Positions 24,348-37,560 of a stretch of 64,000 nucleotides of DNA are shown piece after piece. The stretch comes from Chiloscyllium plagiosum (lineage: Eukaryota). Position 1 is the first letter of the stretch. Every line of letters begins with the position of its first letter. A program made the translations under genes and the position numbers. The DNA is taken from the NCBI RefSeq assembly GCF_004010195.1, contig NC_057751.1, positions 9,183,611 through 9,247,610 on the forward strand. Reading direction: 5' to 3'. The notes below the pieces were generated by a model. It was given only the letters and a program-made list of their open reading frames with translations, was not told where the DNA came from and did not search any database.

Positions 24348-25820
24348 GTGCTTTTCATGATTTATATGAATGATTTAGATGTGAACACAGGAGGTATTGT
24401 TAGTAAGTTTGCAGATGACACCAAAATTGGAGGTGGAGTGGACAGCGAAGAAGGTTACGTCAGAGTACAATGGGATCTTGATCAGATGGGCCAATGGGCT
24501 GAGGAGTGGCAGGTGGAGCTTAATTTAGATAAATGTGAGGTGCTGCATTTTGGAAAGGCAAATCAGGGCAGGACTTATACACTTAATGGTAAGGTGCTAG
24601 GGAGTGTTGCTGAACAAAGAGACCTTGGGTGCAGGTTCATAGTTCCTTGAAAGTGGAGTCTCAGGTCGATAGGACAGTGAAGTAGGCGTTTAGTATGCTT
24701 TTCTTTATTGGTCAGAGCATTGAATAGAGGAGTTGGGAGGTCATGTTGCACCTGTACAGGACATTGATGAGGCCACTTTTGGAATAGTGTGTGCTATTCT
24801 GGTCTCCCTGTTAGAGAAAGGATGCTGTGAAACTTGAAAGGTTCAAAGTTTGTGAGAAGATTTGTAGCTTGGGTGCCGTTGTTGTGGTTCTATTTGCCGA
24901 GCTGGGAATTTGTGTTGCAGACATTTCGTCCCCCGTCTAGGTGACATCCTCACTGTTTGGGAGCCTCCTGTGAAGCGCTTCTGTGTTGTTTCCTGTGGCA
25001 TTTATAGTGGTTTGTCTCTGCTGCTTCTGGTTGTCAGTTTCAGCTGTCCGCCGCAGTGGCTGGTATATTGGGTCCAGGTCGATGTGTTTGTTATAGAAGC
25101 ATGGCACTCATCCACAGATTCTATCAACAAACACATCGACCTGGACCCAATATACCAGCCACTGCAGCAGACAGCTGGAACTGACAACCGGAAGCAGCAG
25201 AGACAAACCACTATAAATGCCGGAGGAAACAACACAGAAGCGCTTCACAGGAGGCTCCCAAGCAGTGAGGATGTCACCTAGACAGGGGACGAAACGTCTG
25301 CAACACAAATTCCCAGCTCGACGAACAGAGCCACAACAAACTTGAAAGGGTTCAAAAAAGATTTACAAGGGTGTTGCAGGAGTTGGAGGTTTTGAGCTAT
25401 AGGAAGAGGTTGAATAGGCCAGGGCTGTTTTCCCTGGAGCGTCAGAGGCTAAGGGGGGACCTTAGAGAGGTTTATAAAATCATGAGGGACATGGATAGAG
25501 TAAATAGACAAGTTGGGGGAGTCCAGAACTAGAGGGCATAAGTTTAGGGTGAGAGGGGAAAGATTTAAAGGGACCTAAGGAGCAATTGTTTCACGTCGAG
25601 GGTGATGCATGTATGGAATAAGCTGCCAGAGGAAGTGGTGGAGGTTGGTACAATTACAATATTTAAAAGGCATCCAGATAGGTACATGAATAGGAAGGGT
25701 TTACAGGGACATGGGCCAAATGCTAGCAAATGGGACTAGATTAATTTAACATTTCTGGTCAGCATGGATGAGTTGGACTGAAGGGTCTGTTTCCATGCTG
25801 TGCATCTCTCTGACTCCATG
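24348..25820 (+). mobile_element. CR1 3' half interrupted by a PLE fold-back
   Basis: YMNDLD, KFADDTKIGG, KCEVLHFGK; 3' tail ggactgaagggtctgtttcc...tgactccatgac. Confidence 0.92.
24848..25337. mobile_element. Fold-back Penelope-like insertion (second PLE family; ~210 bp arms) with hammerhead cores at 24920-24953 (-) and 25265-25298 (+)
   Basis: Encodes EAWHSSTDSINKHIDLDPIYQPL, resembling the C-terminus of PLE GIY-YIG domains. TSD aaacttgaaag(g)gttcaaa at 24830-24847 and 25338-25356. Confidence 0.88.
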
Positions 25821-26174
25821 ACCATGAAGATGGGAGTGATTTCTTACTTGGGGTAAAGTATCTGGAAAGGACATTGCTGGAAAAAAGAATTGAATCTTCA
25901 GTTTTGCTGTTTTTGATATCTCCAAACTGTCTTGTGTACACGCATAAAGCTTTTTAAAAATTTAGTTTGTGTAATAAAATTATTTTCTTTGATTAATGTA
26001 TAATGGCAGACTTGGATGAAAATGTGAAAAGAAATTATGGTCTATGAAGACAGTTTTCACTTTGAGGTCTGTTTTGTCCACTGTTTCCACTGGTTAGAAT
26101 CATAACAGCGACAAATCACAAAGGTCAAGGGACAGTTAGATTACACAACTGGAACCGCACAACAATCCACATTA

Positions 26175-26645
26175 TAGAACATTGAACATTACAGTCCAGT
26201 ACAGGCCCTTCGGCCCTTGATGTTGCATCGACCTGTGAAACCAATCTGAAGTCCATCTAACTCATACTATTCCATTCTTGTCCATGCCTATTCAATGACC
26301 ATTTAAATGCCCTTAAAGTAGGCAGTGCGTTCCATGCACCTACTACTCTCTGAATAAAGAAACTACCTCTGACATCTGTCTACATCTATCATCTCTCAAT
26401 TTAAAGCTATCTCCCCTTGTGCAAGCCATCACTATCTGAGAAAAAAGGCTCTCTCTGTCTACTCTATCTAACCCTCTTATTATCTTATATGTCTCAATTA
26501 AGTCACCTCTCAAATTTTTCTCGAACAAAAACAGCCTCAAGACCCTCAACCTTCCCTTGTAAGACCTTCCCTCTATACCAGGCAACATCCTAGTAAATCT
26601 CTTCTGAACTCTTTCAAAAGCTCCACATCCTTCCAATAATGCGGA
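26175..26645 (-). mobile_element. CR1 3' end
   Basis: ERVQKRFTRMLPG...LRGDLIETYKIIRG in ORF 26343-26636. Confidence 0.9.
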
Positions 26646-27208
26646 ACTGTTATAGTTAGAAAAATGTTGCAGTCAAGTGCATTGTCCTATTCCTATTGAA
26701 TTGCTTAATCCATATCAGTTACTGAAATTTAGTTTTACTCTTTTTCAAGTTGTTTAACCTTTTTTTAATTTCAGCTACGTTGAGGTGGGTATGGTGATTC
26801 CATCACCACATTAGCGAGCTCATAGCAGACAAAATCTAACTGGTATTCATACGTCCTTTAGAGATGTACATAGTGCACAATTTGCTGAGACTGCTCCAAC
26901 TCAAATGAAGAATATATCAATGTATCTACATAATTCTAAACAGGCATCACAAGTTTATGCATTCCTTTCCTGAATAAGGCTGCTCACTTCAGATCCTTGT
27001 CTTACAACTATGTGTTTGCTGCAGCATTCAGTTTGAGCTTTCCAAGGTGGATCCTTTTAATCCATTGTATTTTTGTACAAATAATTTGACTGCACTGCAT
27101 TCATATTGCCTTGCCAAGAAGATATTAATATTCAAATAAAACTCATTAAAAATACTTTGTAATTTAAACATTACCTTTGGCCTCTCTTTTGTGGGATTGT
27201 TAGCTTAC

Positions 27209-27391
27209 CTTTATGACCTTGTTCAAGTTTTTCAACCTTTTTTGAATTTCACTCATGTTCAGGAGGAGACAGTGAGTCCATCAGCCCCATCACTCCATCA
27301 GCGAGTTCACACCAGACAAACTGGCACAAAATCTTATTGGCATTCATGTCCACAGAGCTGATAAAATCTTCTATCTTGTCTTCAGCCAAAC
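27209..27391 (-). other. Candidate (pseudo)exon of an unidentified gene
   Basis: Acceptor tacttttgtttccttag and donor AAG|gtaagc, 183 nt; best frame LAEDKIEDFISSVDMNANKILCQFVWCELADGVMG... contains one stop. Confidence 0.25.
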
Positions 27392-27519
27392 CTAAGGAAA
27401 CAAAAGTAATCTGCAGTTACACATGGTATTCTGTTGACGTTCTTCAAAACAGCCGAGAATTTCTTATGCAATGAAATGCACTGTAATCAGATCCAGCATG
27501 TTCCTAAATGAGGACAACC

Positions 27520-30500
27520 TGTTTCTCTTAAGAGGTCATTGTCCACATTGGAACCAACGACTTAGGAAGGGAAACGGTTGAGATTCTGAAGGGAGATTAC
27601 AGAGATTTAGGCAGAAATTTAAAAAGGAGGTCCTCAAGAGTAGTAATATCTGGATTATTCCCGGTGCTACGAGCTAGTGAGGCAGGAATAGGAGGATAGA
27701 GCAGATAAATGCATGGCTAAGGAGCCGGTGTATGGGAGAAGGATTCACATTTTTGGACCATTGGAATCTCTTTTGGGGTAGAAGCGACCTGTACAAGAAG
27801 GATGGATTGCACTGAAATTGAAAGGGAACTAATATACTGAAAGGGAAATTTGCTAGAGTTGCTTGGGAGGATTTAAACTAGTAAGGTTGGCGGGGGGGGG
27901 GGGGTTGTGGGTATGGGACCCAGGGAGATAGTGAGGAAAGAGATCAATCTGAGACTAGTACAGTTGAGAACAGACGCAAACCAAACAGTCAGGGCCGACA
28001 GGTACAAGGTAGGACTAATAAATTAAACTGCATTTATTTCAATGCTAGGGGCCTAACAGGGAAAGGCAGATGAACTCAGGGCATGGTTAGGAACATGGGA
28101 CTGGGATATCAAAGCAGTTACAGAAACATGGCTCAGGGATGGGCAGGACTGTCAACTTAATGTTCCAGGATACAAATGCTCGAGGAAGGTTAGAAAGGGA
28201 GGCAAGAGAGGAGGGGAGGGTGACATTTTTGATCAGGGATAGCATTACAGCTGTGCTGAGGGAGGATATTCCCGGAAATACATCCAGAGAAGTTATTTGG
28301 GTGGAACTGAGAAATAAGAAAGGGATGATAACCTTATTGGGATTATATTATAGACCCCCTAGTAGTCAGAGGGGGAAACAAACTTGTAAGGAGATCTCAG
28401 CTATCTGTAAGAATAATAGGGCAGTTATGGTAGGGGATTTTAACTTTCCAAACATAGACTGGGACTGCCATAGTGTTAACGGTTTAAATGAAAAGGAATT
28501 TGTTAAGTGTGTACAAGACAATTTTTTCATTCAGTATGTGGATGTACCTACTAGAGAAGGTGGGAAATAAGGCAGGGCAGGTGACTGAGGGGTCAGTGGG
28601 GGAGCACTTTGGGGCCAGCGACCATAATTGTATTAGATTTAAAATAATGATGGAAAAGGATAGACCAGATCTAAAAGTTGAAGTTCTAAATTGAAGAAAG
28701 GCCAATTTTGACGGTATTAGACAAGAACTTTCGAAAGCTGATTGGGGGTAGATGTTCACAGGTAAAGGGATGGTTGGAAAATGGGAAGCCTTCAGAAATG
28801 AGATAACAAGAATCCAGAGAAAGTGTATTCCTGTCAAGGTGAAAGGAAAGGCTGGTAGGTATAGGGAATGCTGGATGACTAAAGAAAGTGAGGGTTTGGT
28901 TAAGAAAAAGAAGGAAGCAGATGTAAGGTCTAGACTGGATAGATCGAGAGAATCCTTAGAAGAGTATAAAGGCAGTAGGAGTATACTTAAGAAGGAAATC
29001 AGGAGAGCAAGAAGGGGACATGAGATAGCTTTGGCAAATAGAATTAAGGAGAATCCGAAGAATTTTTACAAATACATTAAGGACAAAAGGGTAACTGGGG
29101 AGAGAATAGGGCCCCTCAAAGATCAGCAAGGCGGCCTTTGTGTGGAGCCGCAGAAAATGGGGGAGATACTAAATGAGTATTTTGCGTCAGTATTTACAGT
29201 GGAAAAGGATATGGAAGATATCGACTGTAGGGAAATAGATGGTGACAGCTTCAAAATGTCCACATTACAGAGGAGGAAGAGCTGGATGTCTTGAAATGGG
29301 TAATGGTGGATAAATCTCCAGGACTTGAACTCTGTGGGAAGCTAGAGAAGTGATTGCAGGGCCTCTTGCTGAGATATTTGTATCATCGATAGTCACAGGT
29401 GAGGTGTTGGTAGACTGGAAGTTGGCTAACATGGTGCCATTGTTTAAGAAGGGCGGTAAAGACAAGCCAGGGAATTTTAGACCAGTGAGCCTGATGTCGG
29501 TGGTGGGCAAGTTGTTGGAGGGAATCCTAAGGGACAGGATGTACATGTATTCGGAAAGACAAGGACTGATTAAGGATAGTCAACATGGCTTTATGCATGG
29601 GAAATCATGTCTCACAAACTTGATTGAGTTTTTTGAAGAAGTAACAAAGAGGATTGATGAGGGCAGAGCCATAGATGTGATCTATATGGACTTCAGTAAG
29701 GCGTTCAACAAGGTTCCCCATGGGAGACTGATAGCAAGGTTAGATCTCACGGAATACAGGGAGAACTCGCCATTTGGATACAGAACTGGCTCAAAGGTAG
29801 AAGACAGAGGATGGTGGTGGAGGATTGTTTTTCAGGCTGGAGGCCTGTGACCAGTGGAGTGCCACAAGGATCAGTGCTGGGTCCTCTTTTTGTCATTTAC
29901 ACAAATGATTTTGATGCGAGCATAAGAGGTACAGTTAGTAAGTTTGCAGATGACACCAAAATTGGAAGTGTAGTGGACAGTGAAGAGGGTTACCTCAGAT
30001 TACAACAGGGTCTTGACCAGATGGGCCAATGGGCTGAGAAGTGGCAGATGGAGTTTAATTCAGATAAATGCGAGGTGCTGCATTTTGGGAAAGCAAATCT
30101 TAGCAGAACTTATACGCTTTATGGTAAGGTCCTCGGGAGTGTTGCTGAACAAAGAGACCTTGGAGTGCAGGTTCATGCTCCTTGAAAGTGGAGTCGCAGG
30201 TAGATAGGATAGTGAGGAAGGCGTTTGGTATGCTTTCCTTTATTGGTCAGAGTGTTGAGTACAGGAGTTGGGAGGTCATGTTGCGGCTGTACAGGACATC
30301 GGTTAGGCCACTGTTGGAATATCATATGCAATTCTGGTCTCCTTCCTGTCGGAAAGATGTTGTGAAACTTGAAAGGGTTCAGAAAAGATTTAAAAGGATG
30401 TTGTCAGGGTTGGAGGATTTGAGCTATGGGGAGAGGCTGAACTGGCTCGGACTACTTTCCCTGGAGTGTCGGAGGCTGAGGTTTACAAAATTATGAGGGT

Positions 30501-30613
30501 CATGGATAGGATAAATAGATAAAGTCTTTTCCCTGGGGTTGGGATATCTGGTTGGCATGGACGGGTTGGACCGAAGGGTCTGTTTCCATGCTGTACATCT
30601 GTATGACTCTATG
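27520..30613 (+). mobile_element. Near full-length CR1 (ORF1 SGNH-esterase C-terminus + ORF2), frameshifted
   Basis: VHIGTND and DLYKKDGLH (esterase); CIYFNARGL, YYRPP, GDFNFP, NFRPVSL, GVPQGSVLGP, KFADDTK; tail tatgactctatga. Confidence 0.95.
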
Positions 30614-31989
30614 AGAAAGAAATGGTCACCAGGACACAATGAAATCTCCTTTCTATTTGTCAAATACATTTTAAATTTCGACCTGACCAGCAAGATATGG
30701 CCACATTGTAAAATCTCATCCAAAGCACAAAATCTTCAACAACTTATATCCACCTCAATGCTGCGACAAAACGTCATTCTAGATCATATGTCCCAGATTA
30801 AGATGAACCTACAGCCTGGTTAGTTAGAATAATAAATATGTTCGTGCCAAATCAGCTATGATTATTCAAATAGGCTGCAGGCAAAATCCTACTAATAACT
30901 GAAGGCTTTGTAAAATGTGCCCTTACAATTTCAGCAATCTGTCCATGAGGCCATATTTTGTTGTGCGGCTGAGACATAATGGTTCTGGAGCTGTGATTTC
31001 TGCAGCTGTATTTGCATAACTGAGCTTTTCATCACCTTGCTAGTCCACTGCAGAACTGTCACACCTCTATTTTTAGCAGTAAAGAGTGAAATGTCCACGT
31101 ATAAACCATGTGATTTCAAATGGAAACGTATCAACAATAACAATGTACAAAATGGGACATCTATGTTCCAAGAAGCTAAAGATGAAAACATGCCCGAACA
31201 TTACTCTTTGTACAAAGGCAATACATTTCAGTATAAAGTGTTCTAAGTTACAAATCTGCTTTCTATCTTTGCTTTGAGATGAAAAATAAGTTCAGGTGAA
31301 ACCAAGCCATCGGCTAGTTTTCAAAGGTGGGTTTCATTCCAAGTGAAGAATTTCACTTTCAACTTGGTGGAGTCATCACAGATGGCATCAGCACTCCATC
31401 ATGGACTGTGTGGCCACCTCAAGGGATGTGACAGCCTGGAACCTCTCAATCATTGTCCATTTCTTTGGAAAAAGCTCAAACAGGTGTCATTTAGACTCTG
31501 GACTCCAGCATGGGGTAGATTTTAAGACCAAATACACTGGAACTTGGAAGCTCTCAACCACGCAGATCAGATGAACTTAATTAGCCCCACCAACAAGGGA
31601 GTGATTGCATAGCAATGAATTTCGAAGTGTTGTCATCTCTCAGATTGTCAGGATATGTTTTCTTTCCAGATCACATTCCCCGAACTTCCAACCAACACTC
31701 ATGTGGCGGTAGAAAGTCAGCAGGGCTAATGACTGTCCTAAGAGCAGCAGTCTATAGCTAGATTTTGGGCTCCAGCTTGTTAAAGCCATTAGCTACAAGC
31801 AGAATCCTTCTGTGAGCTTTTCTGTGACCAGGAGGAGTAGACAATGTCACAGTAGAAGGGGAAAGAAATCTTATCTGAGCAAAGATGTTCTTCCCTCTAG
31901 AGGGAGTGCAGCAAAGATTTACCAAATTGATTCCTGAGATGGCAGGACAAACATATGAGGATACATTGAACAAGTTAAAATGATATTCA

Positions 31990-33725
31990 CCAGCGTCACT
32001 GGTTGGTCAGCATTCATCACCTTTCCCTTAATGCCCTTGAGAAAGTAGTGGTGAGCTGCCTTCTTAAACCACTGCAGTCCATGTGCTGCAGGTGAGTCCA
32101 CAATACTGAGCAACAATGAAGGAATGGCAATATATGTCCAACTCAGGATGGTGAAGGGCTTGGAAGGGAACTTGAAGGTGATGATGTTCCCATGTATCTG
32201 CTGCCTCAGAATCTTTGGTGAATTTCTGTAGTGCATCTGCAAAATGTCAGTGGTGAAGGGAGAGGATGTTTGTGGATCTGGTGCCAATGAAGTGGGCTTT
32301 GTTCTGGATGGTGTCAAGCTCCTTAAGTGTTGATAGAACTGCACCTTATCCAGGCAAGTGGGGCAAACTCTATCACACTCCTAACCTGCATCTTGTAGAT
32401 GACGTACAGCCTTTGAGGGGTCAGGAGGTAAGTGATATTCCTAGCCTCTGACCTGCTCTTGTAGCCAATGTGTTTATGAGTCCAGTTGACTTTCTGGTCA
32501 ATCCCCCCCCAAGGATAGTAGGGGATTCAGTGACGGTAATACCATTTAATGTCACGGGTAGTGGTTGGATTGTTTCTTATTGGAGATGATCGATGAGGGC
32601 AGTACGCCATTGGAATGAGCTGCCAGTGGAAGCGGTTGAAGTGGGTACATTAACAACAGTTAAAAGGTATTTGGACAAAAGCTTGGATTGGAAAGGATTA
32701 GAACGACATGGGCCAAGTGCAGGGAAATGGGATTAGACTGGATGGACATTTGGGTCAGCATGGACCAGTTTGGGCCAAAGGGCCTGTCTCCATGCTGTAG
32801 GACTCTATGACTTTGTGATCATTGCCACTATTTGTGTAGCATGAGTGTTACTTGTCAGCCCCATGCTTGATATTGTCCAGATCTTGTTGCATTTAAACAT
32901 GTATTGCTTCAGTGTCTGAGGAGTCCGAAATGGTGCTGAACATTGTGCAATATCGGCAAAGATCCCCACTTCTGCCCTGACCATGGATGGAAGGTCATTG
33001 ATTAAGCGGTTGAAGTTGGTTCAGCCGAGGACACCACCCTGAGGTGGCCGGGAGGTGACATGACTGACCTCCAACAACCAAAACCATCTTCACTTGTGCC
33101 AGGTATGACTCCAACCAGGGACAGTTTGCCTCCCTAATTCCCAACTGATTACAGTTTTGCTCGGGTTTCTTGATCCAATGCTCAGTCAAATGCAGCCTTG
33201 ATGTCAAAGGTTTTGATTCTCACTCACCTCTGGAATTCAACTCTTTGTCCAAGTTTAAATAAAAGCTGTGATTTGGTCAGGAGCTGAGTGGCACTGGTGG
33301 AACCCAAACTAGGCATCACCGAGCGGGTTGGTGTTAAGCAGGTGCTACCAGATCGCATTTTACTGATGATTGAGAGGAGACTGTTGAGGCTGTAATTAGT
33401 CAAGTTGACTTGTCCATCTTTTCATGCACAGGACATACCTGGGTAATTTTCCACATTGTCAGGTACATGCCAGTGTTGTACATGAACTAGAACAGTTTGT
33501 CTAGGAGTGAGGCAAGTTCTGGAGCACAAGTCTTCAGTGATATTGCTGGAATGTTGTCACAGCCCATAGCCTTTGCAGTATCCAGTGTCTTCAACCATTT
33601 TCTGATATCACCATGGAGTGAACTGAATTGGCTGAAAGCTTGCATTCGTGTTACTGGGGTCCAATGGAGGAGGCCTATGTGGATAATTCACTTGGCATTT
33701 CTGGCTGATGATTGTTGCAAATGCT
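31990..33725 (-). mobile_element. Decayed LINE of the CR1/L2 group (distinct family); second 3' fragment at ~51040-51605
   Basis: Minus strand: LDIKAAFD*, LESYLAQ.KM.LVVGGQS, NDLPS, GIFAD, QQDLDNI. A CR1 3' fragment (+) is inserted at ~32592-32815. Confidence 0.75.
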
Positions 33726-33729
33726 TCAC

Positions 33730-34400
33730 ACAAGAACTCTGTCCCCACAGCTTTCTGTGGCAAGGTCTCACAATCTTCAAAGTTAAGAAATTCCTCCTTA
33801 TCTCAATCTTCAATTGGCACCCCTTCATTCTATGCCGTTTGGTCCTAGACTCTCCCATGTGGGGAAATATTCGTTTAGCATTTATCCTGGAAAGCCCCTT
33901 AAAAATCCTCTAAGTTTCAATTAGTTCAACTTTCATTCTTCTAAATTCCAGTGAGCAGAATCCCAACTCATTTAGTCTTTGCTCCTCAGATAATCCCTCC
34001 ATACTGTGGATCATCCTCATGGACATTTTCTGAACTGTCTCCCAACAAAATAGTATCTTTCCTTCAGTAAGGTGACCAAAACTACTCTCAATATTCCAGA
34101 TGTGGTCTCACTAGCACCTTGTATAGTTGCTTCCCTGCTCTGATATTTCAACCCTTCTTGAAATTTGGACCAACATTCTATTCGGCCTCCTCATTCTCTG
34201 TGTGCTACCTTTCTATGTTTCATGTACAGGTATCCCTAAATCCCTTTACTTTGCAGCTTTCTGTTGTTTTTCTCCATTTAAATAACATTCTGTTCTTTTG
34301 TTATTCTTGCGAACACAAACAAATTCACATTTTCTCACATCATACTTCACTGCCAACTTTTTGCCCACTTACTTAGTCTTTCAACATCTTTCTGTAAACT
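33730..34400 (-). mobile_element. Old CR1 3' portion
   Basis: Reverse complement reads YKVLVRPHLEY*E*FWSPY. Confidence 0.75.
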
Positions 34401-36934
34401 GTGTGCACCTGTGATAATGCTGCTCCTTTAATAAGGTTATGTTGTCCTTGTCTATTTTTTTTGGAAAGCACCCATTCCGAAAAGTCTGGCTTGGATGTGT
34501 TTCAGGGCCAATTTGAATATAGCGAACATACATGGAGGTGCATTGAGTATGCTGCACAATTCAATGAGATCATGGCTCATATGATAATCCTGAACTCCAC
34601 TATGCTGCCTTTTCCCCATAGCCTTGATTCCCTCACTGATTAAAATCTAACTACCTCAGCCTTGAATATTCTTAATGATCCAGCCTCAATAATAATCTGC
34701 AGCAAAGAACTTCACAGGTTCACAACCCTGTGAGAAAAGAAATTCCTTCTCATCTCCATTTTAAATGTGTGATCCCTTATACGAAGATTATGCTCTCTGG
34801 TCCTAGACTTTCTAAACATATGGATGCCTCCAGCCACTTCCTGAGTAGTAATGAGCAATATATAGTAGAAATGTTTTCACTGGAATGCACAAGAGAATGT
34901 CATAATTTTCCTGAACTGTGTTACAAATGATCCGAATTACACTGATCCACATCTGGAAAGTGCATGGATGTCAATGTGGAGTTTGGGTCTCCCTCAGTTG
35001 TGAAGTCCTATTTCTCAAACAGTCAATCAACACTCACTATCTGGGTACAAACAGAGAAAATGGTTACTTGAGTGAAGTACAGTACTGTCATATAACCAGT
35101 ATTAAGGGAAATGTTTACTATTGTGCAAAAACACCTACTTCCACTCTGTCCCAGACATCGAACACATCAGCTACTCTTACATGGGATTATATATAATTGA
35201 CAGGACAGAAACAGACATTGGACTTGACAGGTCTGTACTACTGTTGCCATTCAACACAAGTCTTCTCCAAGCTTCTTTCTCAAAGCCGAATCTTCAAAGG
35301 TTACCAGCTTGTGCTTCAGAATTCTGAGAATCCAAATCATTGTTTGTTTTTCAACCTCCCTTACCACTTAAACCACGCTTATTGATCTTGGAAATACAAA
35401 TTTGTAACATATATAGTTGCATGGATGAGATTTAGTCCAGACTCATGACATTGAAATCAAAAAGGTCAGAAATTGTACAGATTTTCTTTGCATTTTCTTT
35501 CCTCAGACTTCAAACCTGTGGAATATGTGAACCCTTCAGCCCTTCTACAAATGTACAGCATTTAAAAATTCAAAGTCCCATGAAAACTATTTCTTCATTT
35601 TTGCTTTCTTCATTCTGTTCAGTATTGGGTTCTGTCTGTTATGTTCCTATTTCACAAAGAATCCTTGATGAGAAGCCAAAACACAAAGAGCATGGTCATG
35701 GTTTAAAGGAGAAAACAAACAAAAAAGGAAACTCAGTAGAATGAATTCAGTGACTCTAGTTTAGGATTTAAAAATCTGGAGAAAGAAAGCTCAAACAATT
35801 TTCGGATGCTGGAGGAAGTAAAACATGTTGAGTTTTCTAACTGATCAAAATATAATTTCCAATCCTTTCTTTTATCAAGCATTTGTTCTGGTCAAATGTT
35901 AAAAAAACTCTGTAAGAAGCTTTGTAGCAATGAAAGAGTTAATGCAACACTATATCTTTCAGTTGTTGGAGACATCCACAGAAGTAGATAATTAGTGTCT
36001 AGCTTTATCTGCCATACAGTGGAGCCAGCACTTATGCAGCCAAGAAGAAACCCTTGGAGACTACGAGATTGGTTGGAACTATCCCAGTAAATCTCTTCTG
36101 AGTCATCATTACTAGCTGTACACTCTCCTGGGGTGAGCTGCAGTAACAGAGATGAAATGTTAGGCTCCAAATATGAGCATACAAAAGGCAACAGGATTGT
36201 CAAATAGGCATCACAGGATTAAGCAGAATGTTAGCTTACGCTCGTCTATCCTAAACTCACTCATCAGGTAAAGCAATAAGCTACCAAATGCAGACACTTT
36301 TAACCTTTTCCAAAGTTTGAGTCAATTGTTTGTTCTCTTTGAATTGGTTGACATGGGATTTGGTGAAGCCGTTCACTGTATTCAAGAAATGTTTCGAGCA
36401 GTCAAAGGTCAATGAGAAAAAGGACGGTGGCAAAAGAAATAGGCTTTATTTTGAAACTCACTTCAACAATTTCATTCTTTTTACTGAGAAGCTATAGATT
36501 CCTTTAGCTTCTATAGACAAGCTATTAGTAAGAAAGAAAGTGAATCAATGCAATAAAATTGCATGCAAATATATAATATTTCTGTCACACCCATCAATAT
36601 TAATCTCCTCAAATGTTTTTTCTGTGTTGATGTGCAATATGCATGCCTAAGTCAATTGAATAAATGTCCATTGTTGATTTCTAGGCATCGACATCAAGTG
36701 AAAGCAGATTGCTTTTGGAGATCATTAGATACAAGCACCATCCAGTTCTTCAGTTTAGTAACAAGTCTTGGCACATTTATGGCACTCCAGCCTCAGTCAA
36801 AGATTTGTGGGTTGTCAGACCCACGCCAGTGAGACACACTATCCAGCTTTGTTCAAGTATTGAGACAGTGTTGCACTATTGGAGTAATGGTCCTCTGAAT
36901 AAGATAATGTAATGAAATGACATTTCTTTTCCAC

Positions 36935-37148
36935 ACAAAAGATGTTGAGTGCCTGGAAAGCATTGCCAGAGGTGGCGGAAGCAGACACAACAGCAGCATT
37001 CAAGAAACACTTGGATGAACAAATGAATAGGAAGGGAATACAGGGATATGGATCCTGTAAGTGAAAACAGTTTGAGTATGGCAGGGCAAAATGTGTCAGT
37101 GCAGGTTTGGAGGGCCAAAGAGCCTGTTCCTAGGCTGTATTGTTCCTT
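36935..37148 (+). mobile_element. CR1 3' end fragment
   Basis: ttgccagaggtggcggaagcag...gggccaaagagcctgttcc. Confidence 0.75.
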
Positions 37149-37459
37149 GAAATAACATGATGTATTCAAAGAATAGCAATGGAATTGTTTGAATGCCCTT
37201 TGAATTTCAAGGAAACATATTCGCTGGTCATTTATGTCACTGCTATTAATGAGGCCCTACAGTGTGGAAATTGGATGCTCCATCTCCTGCATAACAATAG
37301 TGACCAGTCGTCAACGGTTCTTCATTTGCTTTAATGTGTTTTGGAATGTTTTTGTTTATGTGATTGGTCCTACAAAAATACAAGTGTTCTTTTTATTTCT
37401 ACTATAACATCAATGGATATTCACCAAGGGTACTGAGACCACTTTAGTTTCTGAATTTT

Positions 37460-37560
37460 TGTTCAACCTGTTCAGAACTGTTGTGATACACCTCTGGAGC
37501 AGGTGGGACTTGAATCCAAGCATTCTCGCTTTGAGGCAGGAACTCAAACAATGTGCCACA
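37460..37560 (-). mobile_element. Short tRNA-headed SINE-like fragment (third family)
   Basis: Reverse complement tgtggcacattg... (A-box-like) and ggattcaagtcc (B-box-like). Confidence 0.5.

Noticed and set aside
23330..26107. Additional LTR-like segments flanking the CR1 at 24348
   Set aside because: A ...cataaca end at 26107 is suggestive, but I could not define a 5' TG end or a TSD.
30925..31040. Possible minus-strand exon QGDEKLSYANTAAEITAPEPLCLSRTTKYGLMDRLLK
   Set aside because: The donor is plausible but the acceptor is weak and the peptide is unrecognised.
35892..36203. 103 aa minus-strand ORF with possible acceptor
   Set aside because: No recognisable domain or donor site, and the length is compatible with chance.
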